Assembly (NCBI GenBank): GCA_016204585.1
Contig: JACQKH010000051.1
Span: 1 to 48,480 of the forward strand
From: Candidatus Kerfeldbacteria bacterium
GTDB taxonomy: Bacteria > Patescibacteriota > Patescibacteriia > SBBC01
Length of the DNA: 48,480 nt
Direction: 5' to 3'
Below are positions 9,042 through 17,905 of the stretch, piece by piece; within the stretch, counting starts at the first letter, position 1, and every line of letters begins with the position of its first letter. A program made the translations under genes and the position numbers. The notes under the pieces were generated by a model. It did no database searches. It was not told where the DNA came from and saw only the letters and a program-made list of their open reading frames with translations.

Positions 9042-10196
9042 TCACTGACCGAGTATCGGCGGCGAATTCGTGTTGATGTTGGAATTCGTATTGGTGTTAG
9101 AATTCGCATTCGAGTTCGAGTTCGAATTGGTTGGTGTTGTCGCCGGCACCAGATGGAAGCTCCGATAAATAATTATGAAGGTCGTACGCAGGTTGGCCTT
9201 GTTAAGAGCATCGGTGTTGTAGGACAGGATATAAATCTTCGTCCCTTTCACGAAGTAAACCGAGCTCTGATCAAGACTTAGCACCCCATCAAGACCGCTG
9301 ACGGTAGCATCTTTAACCTTGCTCGGATCGACGCCTGGATTAAGATTCACATACCAGTTCTTGGCCGTCAGCTGAGTTGGGTTATCCTGGACCGTCACTT
9401 GGAAAAATTCCGAGGTGGCAAAATCAGGCGTCATGATGAGCGTCTTGTTATCCTGCGAATTCGTTACCTGCGCCACCCAGTTCCGCGGTAACCACAAAGC
9501 GTAGTTGAAGCTCGGGTTGGTGTATGTTCGCATGACCGGGCAAACAGTTGCGTCGTCCAGTCGGGCACTTCCTTTCTGGGTCGGGCAGTAACCGAGGTAT
9601 GCCTCGCCCTCAATCTTCCCGCTAGCCAGAACGCGGTAACCGTCAATGAACCCGTCGCCGTCGGTGTCTTGGCTGTTCGACTGGGTGCCGTAGACCTGTT
9701 CTTCGGTGTCGGTCAGTCCATCGTTGTCCGTATCGGCGGAGGACGGCAGCGGCGAACCGATTGTGGTGGAATTGGTGTTAGCGTTAGCGTTCTGGTTGGC
9801 ATTCAGATTGGCATTGAGATTTATGTTCGTGGTCGCGTTGACGTTTGCGTTTAATGGAGCGTTGAGGTTTAGATTTGCGTTCGCTGGGCGATTCACGTTG
9901 AGGTTGCGATTCGTCACCACATTGGTGGCGTTAGCGACGGTATTGCCGGAATTTTTATTGGCCAGTTTAGTAAAGTAGTACCAGGCGCCAGCCGCCAGCG
10001 CGCCGACAACCACGATTACCACCGCTACCACTATAATTTTTTTCCCACCCCCACCGGTCGGCCCTGACGGCGCCGGCGCTCCCACTCCAGTGTCAAGGAA
10101 ACGCTCGGGCATGGTATGGATGTCCTGCGCTACCGGCGGTGGCGGTGCCGCTGACGGCATATCTGGTGTGGTCGGGTTTGGTTCGTTCTCGAACAT
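9042..10196 (-). CDS. Membrane-anchored envelope protein with Asn-rich low-complexity tracts and thrombospondin type-3-like Ca-binding repeats
   Basis: Pro-rich N-terminus, TM segment (IIVVAVVIVVVGALAAGAWYY), NLNVN/NANLN tracts, DTDNDGLTDTEE and DTDGDGFIDG, C-terminal NSNSN tail. Confidence 0.7.
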   Translation of the reverse strand: MFENEPNPTTPDMPSAAPPPPVAQDIHTMPERFLDTGVGAPAPSGPTGGGGKKIIVVAVVIVVVGALAAGAWYYFTKLANKNSGNTVANATNVVTNRNLNVNRPANANLNLNAPLNANVNATTNINLNANLNANQNANANTNSTTIGSPLPSSADTDNDGLTDTEEQVYGTQSNSQDTDGDGFIDGYRVLASGKIEGEAYLGYCPTQKGSARLDDATVCPVMRTYTNPSFNYALWLPRNWVAQVTNSQDNKTLIMTPDFATSEFFQVTVQDNPTQLTAKNWYVNLNPGVDPSKVKDATVSGLDGVLSLDQSSVYFVKGTKIYILSYNTDALNKANLRTTFIIIYRSFHLVPATTPTNSNSNSNANSNTNTNSNINTNSPPILGQ

Positions 10197-10255
10197 AGGT
10201 TAACGTCTCCTCTTTTTTAAAGCCGACGGTTTAGCGGTCGACTCAAATCGATTGA

Positions 10256-10708
10256 TTATTGTTCAGTGTTCGTTGAGGCTGATGGTTTCTTCTCAAAGAG
10301 TTTTCCCGGCCCGGTTGGACTGTAGCCCTTCTGTACCTCCGGTCCGTCAGAGTTTCCGTCATTGTCCGTGTCGGGATTGCTTGGATTGGTTCGGTAAACC
10401 CTGACCTCGTCGAAATCGGAGAGTCCGTCTTTATCCGTATCGGGGTTGGTTGGATTAGTTCCGAGAGTGGCTTCCAGGTCATTGGTCAGACCGTCCAAGT
10501 CACTATCGGCCAGCGGACTGGCCTGACGGGCGTCAAACGTCTTGGTTGTCAAATTGGTAAGACCTCGTCCAGCCGTATTCGTGTTTTCCGCATTCTTCGG
10601 CCGTCTGACTGCCACGATAATAGCCCCAATGATTGCCGCCACGACGATTATAATTATTATACGAAAAACTGGACGATTGTACAACGGAGTTGATTCGGTG
10701 TCGGACAT
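10256..10708 (-). CDS. Small membrane-anchored protein with three thrombospondin type-3-like repeats
   Basis: TM segment (FRIIIIIVVAAIIGAIIVAV), then DSDLDGLTNDLE, NPDTDKDGLSDFDE, NPDTDNDGNSDGPE. Its start lies 14 nt after the giant-gene stop. Confidence 0.7.
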   Translation of the reverse strand: MSDTESTPLYNRPVFRIIIIIVVAAIIGAIIVAVRRPKNAENTNTAGRGLTNLTTKTFDARQASPLADSDLDGLTNDLEATLGTNPTNPDTDKDGLSDFDEVRVYRTNPSNPDTDNDGNSDGPEVQKGYSPTGPGKLFEKKPSASTNTEQ

Positions 10709-10722
10709 CGTTTCTCAGTCTG

Positions 10723-13700
10723 CTAAGGTATCGGCAGTGAATAGTTGAAGCATTGGCAGTGGGACGGCGAGGCACAGATCGTCTGGCCGGGGGCCGGACT
10801 AGCCGGGTCGCCCAGCGGGTAATTTGCCCAACTCCCAGTACCATGGTACTCGAGGTTGGCGTAGAGTTCAACTGAGCCGTCCGCTTTGTAACGATAACTG
10901 AGAATATGCGACTGCGGGTCGGGTTGTGGCTGGGAAGCTTCCGGCACGTCGGGCAGACAGAAGAATTTCTTCTTCGGCTCATTCCAGCATGTTCCGTCAG
11001 TGGCCTGTCCAGCCGGACAATCAGCAACAGTATTGATCGGATCAACGGGCAGATTTTTACCTACTTCATTGCCGAGCGTCTGCTGCCAGGACGGCCAAAC
11101 CGAGAAGGACAGCTGCGACAGGAACGATCCGGAACCTAACTGCGGATAAGTGCCATTCTTAATTTTTGCGTCACGAAGATACTGAGTAATGTCGGTGACA
11201 GCGGCCAAGCGTTTGAGGTCGCGCTGGATACAAACCTTGTTAATGTCGTTTAGACGATTGCAGATGCCGACGGAATTCGTGTCGTTATTGAAAAACCAGT
11301 TTTCGACCATCTGGCCGAAGATGTTGAGAAGGACGGGTGAGGCCTCCTGGCTGTACGAGATCAGGACGATCTTCGGGTTATAACGAGATCCGTCGAAATC
11401 CGTCATGGCCACATAGATCGTCCGTCCATCGCGCAAGGCCTCGTAACCGTCGACCGTCATGGATGACGGCGTGCCTGGTCTCGGCACGTACTTCTTGTAC
11501 CATTCGAGCGCGGACAAGCCGGCGGAGTTGTCATAGATACGAATGCCAATCCCCTCTTTCGTGGTCTGATTGAGTTCCTTGAACAGGAATTCTTTCAACT
11601 GTTTCGGCTCAGTGTTGCCGCCAGTCGCGCCGGTGATCGTATATCTGTATCTTTCCGGCGGTCCGGGGTCCTCAAGATTGAGCTTGGGCAAACCGTTATC
11701 AGCGCAGTAGGACGAGTCAAAATGGAAGTCCTGGCATCCGCCCGGGTTCAAAGTGCAGTTTGTCGCGTTGTCCTTGAATGTCCAAAGTTCAGTGCAAGCG
11801 GTTATCAAGATCGAGGCGTTGCCAAGAATGGTCGTCTTACCGCCAGTCGGCAGCGGGACGTTATCGGCCGCGGCGATTACCAGCGTTCGCCCTTTACCGT
11901 GACCAACCGGCAGTCCGACAGTCACCGATGACACGCCAGCCCTGACGCCCTGATACTCGGCTAGGGTCGGGTCTGGAATATCGCGCCAGTTCCAATCCCA
12001 GTTGTAGCTCGGGGTCGGGAAAATCTCAACGTCAGTCTCGGAGAAGGCATGAGCGGTGAAGGGATGGGTCGCATCGGTGGCAAAAGTCCAAGTTGGCGGA
12101 TCAACTTCAACGCGCTTCAACCGGCAGGGATCGGTCCGGTCCTCAGTCAGGAAGGTCCAGTCGGTCAGCGGCAGGGCCACGCCATCAGCGCTGCGAATCC
12201 TGGAGCCCTCGCTCAGACTCACACGATGATTAGTATTTCGCCTTAAGAGGTCTCGCGGAGTAATCGAAACTATCTTGCTCGAGGGATTGTAGCTGACGGC
12301 GATCGGCACCTCGCGCCAACCGCTGACGCCGCTTTTTGTAACGTACTCCTGCAGATGGACGCTGGCGGTATTGATGCTGGCCGCATCCATGGTCCGATCA
12401 AAAGTCGCGGTGGCAACGGCATTTAGACAAATACCGACGCGGCCAGCGCTTGGACTCCGATCAACCACCGTGGGGGCTTGGGCGCAGCAGCCGTTATACC
12501 CGCAACCATTGCCAGCGCCGCAGATCAAATCTTCAGTACAGGCCTGACAGCCCGGCGGCCGCACGTCGAAGTTCACCACGTTGCTCCACTCGCCCTGCTT
12601 CAATGCCACTTCCTTGCTTTGCCATTGCTGACCGTCAAGCTCATAAGCCGGATCAGTATTGTTGGCAATGCCGTTTGGCGCGGTTACTTCAACTTGCTTC
12701 TCGGACCACGGAAGTGGGCCGTAAGTCAGGACATCTTTTTCTTTGTAGAACGTCACCTTGCCTGACCCCTGAACCGAACCGAAGTTCTGACCGTAAATGT
12801 TTATATTCGGCGTGCCTTCGCTGCCGGCTGACGGCTGGATTTTGCAAATTCCCGGAACATTCACGGCTGGGTCGACCACAAAGGACGACGATGCATTAGA
12901 GCGCTTTCCATCCCAGCGCTGGACTTGAATCGGTCCGCTGGTCGCGCTCAAGGCCGCGCTGGTTTTATCAGGCACTTCGCTGAGAATGTCCGAGTCTCCC
13001 CAGTGCGTGGATGGAAGACCGCACATTGCTGCGTCCGGCCAGACGCCGCGCTTGTCACTGGTGTAGATTACTGCACTTCCGTCCTGACAGTTCTGGCTGT
13101 CGCAGTCGCGGTTCGTGTCGCAGGCATCGCCGTCGTCTGCGCCACCAACGCATTTTCCCCGCGCATAACCTCCGAAGTAGCAGCCATTGATTCCCAGCCA
13201 TGTTCCGGTCGCCCCTTGGCTGCGGCTGATTGATTTCAGTACCGGCGTACACCGACCGTTGACGCAGGCGCTACCAGGACACGTCCCACCGAGACTGCAG
13301 TCCGTGGTTTCGTCGCAGGTCGTACAGTCCACGGTCAAAGGACTCGACGACGATTTGCTGATCCCGCTGTTTGTGCCGGTTGCGCGAATCGGCGTGCTGC
13401 CAGGTACTGGAACTGTTTCCCTGACTGCGGCAACCGCGGCAGTCCACGACTGAGCTTTTGGCGTGACCGTGGCGTAGGTGATGTCCGATGACCATGTCCA
13501 GGTAAGATCGCTCGGTGTCATGATCTGTCCGACGGCAGAGCAGCTATTCGGTTCGGTGTAGGCCGTGGCCACGTAGTCACCAGGCGAATCGGCCGTACAC
13601 ATGGTGGCAGAAGCGGGCGTAATGTTAACTCGATCTAATTTACAACCGCCGCTGCCCGATTGAGTCTTGAAAACCCAGGAATAGGAATCATTGGAACCGC

Positions 13701-16554
13701 TGCCATTGTTGTAGTTCAAGTTTCCAAGCGTCCCTCCGCCTTCAGCCGGAGTAGACTTGATGGTGTTTTTGAGAATAACTCGATAGTAGGTGTCAGGATC
13801 AAAGGCACTGGCCGGTGGAAAGTGGGCGGCCTGAGTCGGCGGACCGTCGTAGAGCACGGTCGGCGGAATAATGTCAGCGCCGACAAAGCTCGAACAGGTG
13901 GTGTCGCTGCACTTTTTAATTACGATGGCTCCGCTGAACGACGCGGTGTCCATGTCCAAGGTAAACTCCGCACCCACGTCCACGCCAGTACAAGAAGTTC
14001 CGCAGTTCGGCCATTGTTTTCTCACCACCGGCGTTCCCGGCGGAACCACCGGCGGCGGAGTGACAGTAAAGTCTAGGCGGTTCGACTCGCCCTTATTATT
14101 TTTCACGTACACTTTCTTCGGAATGGCACTCGGGCTCAATGGCGGATCAGCTGGAACCGATGTTTGAATAAGTTCATTTTTCCATGTGCGCGGACTATCT
14201 GTTCGGAACGTATCAAAGTACACTTCTTTAGTGGCCGAGGTCTCGTTAAAGCGCTTGCCGAGAAAATCAACCGGCGTCAGGTTGAGTCCTTGGTTAGGAT
14301 TGATTGAAGCTAGGCACGGACCTTCTGACGGATTGCCCGAGTCTTTCGTCCAGTCAAACGGCGGGCTCGACAAGTTACCGAACGGCGCGGGAAAATCGGC
14401 TTTCACCACGAACGGTTTTGATCCGGCCGGTCCAGCCGGCACTTCCGCCGCGATCTGGGTGTCTGCCCAACTCAGCACCTGCTCGTCGGGAAGACCCTTG
14501 CGGTTAAGGTCCGCCCCGTCGTACGAGAGGTTATCGCCTGGGTTATATCCACTGACCTTGTCGAAGTTATAACCGTTGACCGTGATGCACTGACCGTCAG
14601 GACCATGAGAAGGATCAATCCAAGTAATCACCGGCGGATTGACGCACTCCCCTGCCGGCTTCACGTCAAAATGCCACTCGCCAAGCGACGACGACTGTGG
14701 CACAAACGGCTCGCCGAATCGCAAGGTTTGCGTGTCGCTGATTTGATAGCGGTTGTCCACGGCTACTCTGTACTGGGTGTTAACCCTCAACCGTGACGAT
14801 GGCGGATAAGGCGGCGGCGGCGTGAACTCATACCATTTGCACAAATTGTTGTAATCGCAAGGCCGGCCGGGGAGGCATTGGATCAAGGGATCCTGGGACG
14901 GGTTGACGTTAAATGCTTTCGGTCCAGTGCCGGGTGCCGGTCCCGGACTCAACGCCGCTTGGGTTACAAAACCGTAATTGCTCGGGTCAATCCCGACTTC
15001 ACAGCTATGCGATACAGCATCGTACATGGATAACGTGTAGCGGATGAAAATTTGCGTGTCGTCGCAGGCGTTGTTGGCGCCGTTGCGCGGATAGTGATCC
15101 GCAATGCCGGCCACCACATTATTTGTTTCAAACACCCATTGGAACGGATTGGGTTCCTGCGGGTTATTGCAAAGATCGTAAATATCCTTGACCACTACCT
15201 TATACCAGGTGAATTCATCCAGTTTTTTCCCGGGTTTCATTTGAATCACCAAGGACGTGCCGTCAGCCACCACAATGAAATCCCGCGGATCAACCGGCGG
15301 GCCCTCAGTCCCATCCTCGAAATCGGCAGTACCGGTATCGGGAGTGAAAGGAATTAAGGTTATTGAGTTGTTTCGCGGGTCAATCAGATCGTTTTGATTG
15401 ATCTGCAACCCGTCAAAGGCCTGATCAAAGTTCACGGTAATAATCGGTTCGCGCGGCACGTTCTGGTCCGGGGCTGCTCCGGCACTCTTGCAGTCATTGT
15501 CGATCGTGCAGGACTGTCCGGCCTGGCGGCCGCTCGAACAGACTTTCGGCGCGCCGACGCAGCGGGCATTGTACTCCGACGTCGGATAGGTCGAGGTGAT
15601 TCGTGGGCCCTCAGTATCAACTTGGTCACCGACCAACATGGTCCATTGATATGATGCACCGATGTCATCGCATCCTGGTACCGGCGTTACCAAATTCTGG
15701 CGGCAGGCGGAAATCGCCCGGTTATCCGTATCGGAAATATCTTTTGTAATCGTTAGACGGTAACTTGTTCTCGCTGCAAAGAGCTCGTTTCGGTGGTAAA
15801 AAATCACGGCGTTCGAAGGCTCTGGATTTTCCCGGGTCACCCAGTAAGGTTTATCGGACAGTGGCGCATCTGCTCGATATTCTTGATTGGCCACGGCCGC
15901 TTCTTGAGGATCCGCGCATGTGCCGTCTGGATCAATCGTATTGCACTGTTCAATGATGAGCTTTTTATCCCGCACCGCTGCGGCTACGGTTTCCGGCTTG
16001 ACCGGATGGTTGAAGTTGATGCTGACGCTGCTGCAGCGGAAGACGTCGCTTTGGTAGTCCGGCGGGCTTCCGCAGTCTGTCGTAATCGAGCGAATCTCAA
16101 AGCCCACCGCCGCGGTTGAACAACGCGGATCCCCAGGGATGCACGGAGGCGGCGTGGTTCCTGGCGGACCGCCAGAACTTGACCCGAGAATAACCCTGGC
16201 CACGAAGAATACGATCGCCCAGGCAATCAACACGATCACCAATCCGATCACGGCGTTTATAATCACCCGTTTTGCTTTCTCGATTCGGTCAGAATTTCCA
16301 GCCGCGGTCAGCCATAGGTATCCGCCGTACATGATGAAGCTGACCGCCACCAACGCCAAAATACCGAGCAGCCATCGGATAACGTTTATGACGATTGATT
16401 TCAAATCGGCCGTGGTCAGACCGATGGTCGTGCCAATGTCCTCGATTGAGAGTGGGGTCTGCGCCTGGGCGCTGAAGGCAACCAAGCCGAGAAAGATTAG
16501 CGCGGCCGTAATGACCAACGCTCCTTTCACCTCGATTCGCCGACGTCGTCTCAT
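10723..16554 (-). CDS. Giant (1943 aa) secreted/surface protein with an N-terminal VirB2/TrbC-like pilin hairpin
   Basis: Single uninterrupted 5.8-kb ORF. Signal/TM segment, then WLLGILALVAVSFIMYGGYLWLTAAGNSDRIEKAKRVIINAVIGLVIVLIAWAIVFF. From memory, this two-TM T4SS-pilin-like module is common at N-termini of Patescibacteria surface proteins. The remainder is Cys/Pro/Thr/Gly-rich and predicted extracellular. Confidence 0.85.
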   Translation of the reverse strand: MRRRRRIEVKGALVITAALIFLGLVAFSAQAQTPLSIEDIGTTIGLTTADLKSIVINVIRWLLGILALVAVSFIMYGGYLWLTAAGNSDRIEKAKRVIINAVIGLVIVLIAWAIVFFVARVILGSSSGGPPGTTPPPCIPGDPRCSTAAVGFEIRSITTDCGSPPDYQSDVFRCSSVSINFNHPVKPETVAAAVRDKKLIIEQCNTIDPDGTCADPQEAAVANQEYRADAPLSDKPYWVTRENPEPSNAVIFYHRNELFAARTSYRLTITKDISDTDNRAISACRQNLVTPVPGCDDIGASYQWTMLVGDQVDTEGPRITSTYPTSEYNARCVGAPKVCSSGRQAGQSCTIDNDCKSAGAAPDQNVPREPIITVNFDQAFDGLQINQNDLIDPRNNSITLIPFTPDTGTADFEDGTEGPPVDPRDFIVVADGTSLVIQMKPGKKLDEFTWYKVVVKDIYDLCNNPQEPNPFQWVFETNNVVAGIADHYPRNGANNACDDTQIFIRYTLSMYDAVSHSCEVGIDPSNYGFVTQAALSPGPAPGTGPKAFNVNPSQDPLIQCLPGRPCDYNNLCKWYEFTPPPPYPPSSRLRVNTQYRVAVDNRYQISDTQTLRFGEPFVPQSSSLGEWHFDVKPAGECVNPPVITWIDPSHGPDGQCITVNGYNFDKVSGYNPGDNLSYDGADLNRKGLPDEQVLSWADTQIAAEVPAGPAGSKPFVVKADFPAPFGNLSSPPFDWTKDSGNPSEGPCLASINPNQGLNLTPVDFLGKRFNETSATKEVYFDTFRTDSPRTWKNELIQTSVPADPPLSPSAIPKKVYVKNNKGESNRLDFTVTPPPVVPPGTPVVRKQWPNCGTSCTGVDVGAEFTLDMDTASFSGAIVIKKCSDTTCSSFVGADIIPPTVLYDGPPTQAAHFPPASAFDPDTYYRVILKNTIKSTPAEGGGTLGNLNYNNGSGSNDSYSWVFKTQSGSGGCKLDRVNITPASATMCTADSPGDYVATAYTEPNSCSAVGQIMTPSDLTWTWSSDITYATVTPKAQSWTAAVAAVRETVPVPGSTPIRATGTNSGISKSSSSPLTVDCTTCDETTDCSLGGTCPGSACVNGRCTPVLKSISRSQGATGTWLGINGCYFGGYARGKCVGGADDGDACDTNRDCDSQNCQDGSAVIYTSDKRGVWPDAAMCGLPSTHWGDSDILSEVPDKTSAALSATSGPIQVQRWDGKRSNASSSFVVDPAVNVPGICKIQPSAGSEGTPNINIYGQNFGSVQGSGKVTFYKEKDVLTYGPLPWSEKQVEVTAPNGIANNTDPAYELDGQQWQSKEVALKQGEWSNVVNFDVRPPGCQACTEDLICGAGNGCGYNGCCAQAPTVVDRSPSAGRVGICLNAVATATFDRTMDAASINTASVHLQEYVTKSGVSGWREVPIAVSYNPSSKIVSITPRDLLRRNTNHRVSLSEGSRIRSADGVALPLTDWTFLTEDRTDPCRLKRVEVDPPTWTFATDATHPFTAHAFSETDVEIFPTPSYNWDWNWRDIPDPTLAEYQGVRAGVSSVTVGLPVGHGKGRTLVIAAADNVPLPTGGKTTILGNASILITACTELWTFKDNATNCTLNPGGCQDFHFDSSYCADNGLPKLNLEDPGPPERYRYTITGATGGNTEPKQLKEFLFKELNQTTKEGIGIRIYDNSAGLSALEWYKKYVPRPGTPSSMTVDGYEALRDGRTIYVAMTDFDGSRYNPKIVLISYSQEASPVLLNIFGQMVENWFFNNDTNSVGICNRLNDINKVCIQRDLKRLAAVTDITQYLRDAKIKNGTYPQLGSGSFLSQLSFSVWPSWQQTLGNEVGKNLPVDPINTVADCPAGQATDGTCWNEPKKKFFCLPDVPEASQPQPDPQSHILSYRYKADGSVELYANLEYHGTGSWANYPLGDPASPAPGQTICASPSHCQCFNYSLPIP

Positions 16555-16558
16555 TTTC

Positions 16559-17005
16559 CTAAGCGCCTAATGTTTTTTTCACCATGACTTGAACAGCCGA
16601 ACCGTCAGCGCGTCCTTTGACCTTGGCCATTACCGCAGCCATGACCTTACCGATGTCTGACGGTCCAGTCGCGCCAACGTCAGTAATGGCTTGCCGCACT
16701 ATACCCTGAAGTTCCTGCTCCGTTAGCTGTTCGGGCAGGTATTTCTGGTAGAGGGCGACGTCGGCCTGTTCCTTCGTCGCCAGATCGGGCCGGCCGCCGC
16801 GTCCGAACTGCTCGGACGCCTCGCGCCGTTTCTTGACCTCGCGGGTGATGACCTCAATCGTTTCCTCGTCGGTCAACTCCCGGCCGACTTCAATCTCACG
16901 GTTCTTGATTGATGATTTGAGCATTCGCCAAGCCGACACTGCCGGGCGGTCATTAGCTCGGAAGGCCTGCTTATAATCGTTCTCAATTCGCGATTGGAGA
17001 CTCAT
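16559..17005 (-). CDS. yqeY: GatB/YqeY domain protein
   Basis: 148 aa. LKSSIKNREIE...EVKKRREASEQF...YLPEQLTEQEL...GKVMAAVMAKVKGRADG is typical YqeY. The usual rpsU-yqeY pairing is present. Confidence 0.9.
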   Translation of the reverse strand: MSLQSRIENDYKQAFRANDRPAVSAWRMLKSSIKNREIEVGRELTDEETIEVITREVKKRREASEQFGRGGRPDLATKEQADVALYQKYLPEQLTEQELQGIVRQAITDVGATGPSDIGKVMAAVMAKVKGRADGSAVQVMVKKTLGA

Positions 17006-17280
17006 GAAGTCTTCGGTAGACGCGGAAGAGGCTTCGGACGTTTTCCCGAACGACCGAGAAAGGTTTCGTCGAGCTTGCCGATTTTTCGGAGATATTCCTT
17101 CCGCTCACGAATGCCTTTCCGCCGGAGCGCGTCTTCACGAATTTCGCGCTTCGTCTTGGATGGTACATAGAACCTCGCTCGCTTCGCCCGCAGGAGCACG
17201 CCGCTCTGCTGAACGCGCTTCGAAAACCTCCGCAAGAGGCTCTCCATCGATTCTCCTTCTTTTCGTCTGACTTCGACCAA
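17002..17280 (-). CDS. rpsU: 30S ribosomal protein S21
   Basis: VEVRRKEGESMESLLRRFSKRVQQSGVLLRAKRARFYVPSKTKR matches the S21 pattern. I favour the TTG at 17278-17280, 6 nt after GGAGGTG, over the track GTG that abuts the SD. The stop overlaps the yqeY ATG. Confidence 0.85.
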   Translation of the reverse strand: MVEVRRKEGESMESLLRRFSKRVQQSGVLLRAKRARFYVPSKTKREIREDALRRKGIRERKEYLRKIGKLDETFLGRSGKRPKPLPRLPKTS

Positions 17281-17375
17281 CCGTACCACCTCCTTAGAAA
17301 GTACACACTCGGAAAAAAATTTGCGGTTCCATGATCGCCGTTCCGAAATGTGAAAAACTTCAAACTACCCGCGTG

Positions 17376-17405
17376 AGTATAACACAGACTGCGGGGTTAC
17401 GTCAA
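17376..17405 (-). promoter_or_regulatory. Candidate rpsU promoter
   Basis: Minus strand reads TTGACG (17400-17405), an 18-nt spacer, then TATACT (17376-17381). Confidence 0.45.
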
Positions 17406-17412
17406 AGTAGGT

Positions 17413-17793
17413 TTAGGCCATCGACCCCAGTTTTTTTCCGCCGATGAGGTGAAGATGGATGTGGTCAACAATCTGACCGGCGTGTTGCCGGACGTTGAAA
17501 ACAAGCCGGTACCCAGTCATCGCAACCCCCAGTTGTTCGGCCAGCCTCTTCGCCCGCCAAACCATCGCTCCAATCAGGCGGTCATCCTGTTCTTCAAGAT
17601 CAACTAGTGTAGCAATGTGCTTCCGCGGCACGATCAGCACATGAACCGGGGCAATCGGGCGAATATCATTGAAGGCGACTACCAAATCGTCTTCGTAAAC
17701 TATCGTCGACGGCGCTCGTTTTGCTGCAATTTTGCAAAAAAGGCACTGCTCGTTCGCCTTGTTAGAAATTGTGTTATCGATTTTTCCAGTCAT
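17413..17793 (-). CDS. HIT (histidine triad) family hydrolase
   Basis: HVLIVPRKH and the HIHLHLIGG histidine triad. Confidence 0.9.
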   Translation of the reverse strand: MTGKIDNTISNKANEQCLFCKIAAKRAPSTIVYEDDLVVAFNDIRPIAPVHVLIVPRKHIATLVDLEEQDDRLIGAMVWRAKRLAEQLGVAMTGYRLVFNVRQHAGQIVDHIHLHLIGGKKLGSMA

Positions 17794-17806
17794 GTTGACC
17801 CTTGAA

Positions 17807-17899
17807 GTTAGCTCGTTAGTATATTAGCTCGCTAGCGCCTTTGGCGTTTAGTGATCACAAACGAGCTACACGGCGCAGCCGCTAACGAGCTAAACCGCT
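17807..17899 (+). repeat. TAGCTCGTTAG four-box intergenic element, copy A
   Basis: About 93 bp, roughly four-fifths identical by eye to 28106-28198 in the same orientation. Boxes at 17809-17819 and 17825-17835 (forward) and 17858-17868 and 17882-17892 (reverse complement). Confidence 0.65.
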
Positions 17900-17905
17900 A
17901 TATCC

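Noticed and set aside
9060-9900. Quasi-repetitive DNA (GTTAGAATTCG..., ATTGGCATTGAG...) that at first glance resembles a short-repeat array.
   Set aside because: It is the coding image of the Asn-rich NxN low-complexity tracts of the 384-aa protein. It has no regular repeat/spacer architecture, so it is not a CRISPR array. I saw no CRISPR array or cas genes anywhere in the window.
1708-16570. Dozens of 60-180-aa ORFs on the strand opposite to nrdJ, ftsZ, ftsA and the giant gene. Analogous ORFs lie inside hisS, mfd, topA, the O-antigen-ligase-like gene and the CAP gene.
   Set aside because: They are Arg/Pro/Gly/Ser-rich translations typical of the antisense frames of GC-rich genes, and each is fully embedded in a longer ORF with recognisable motifs.
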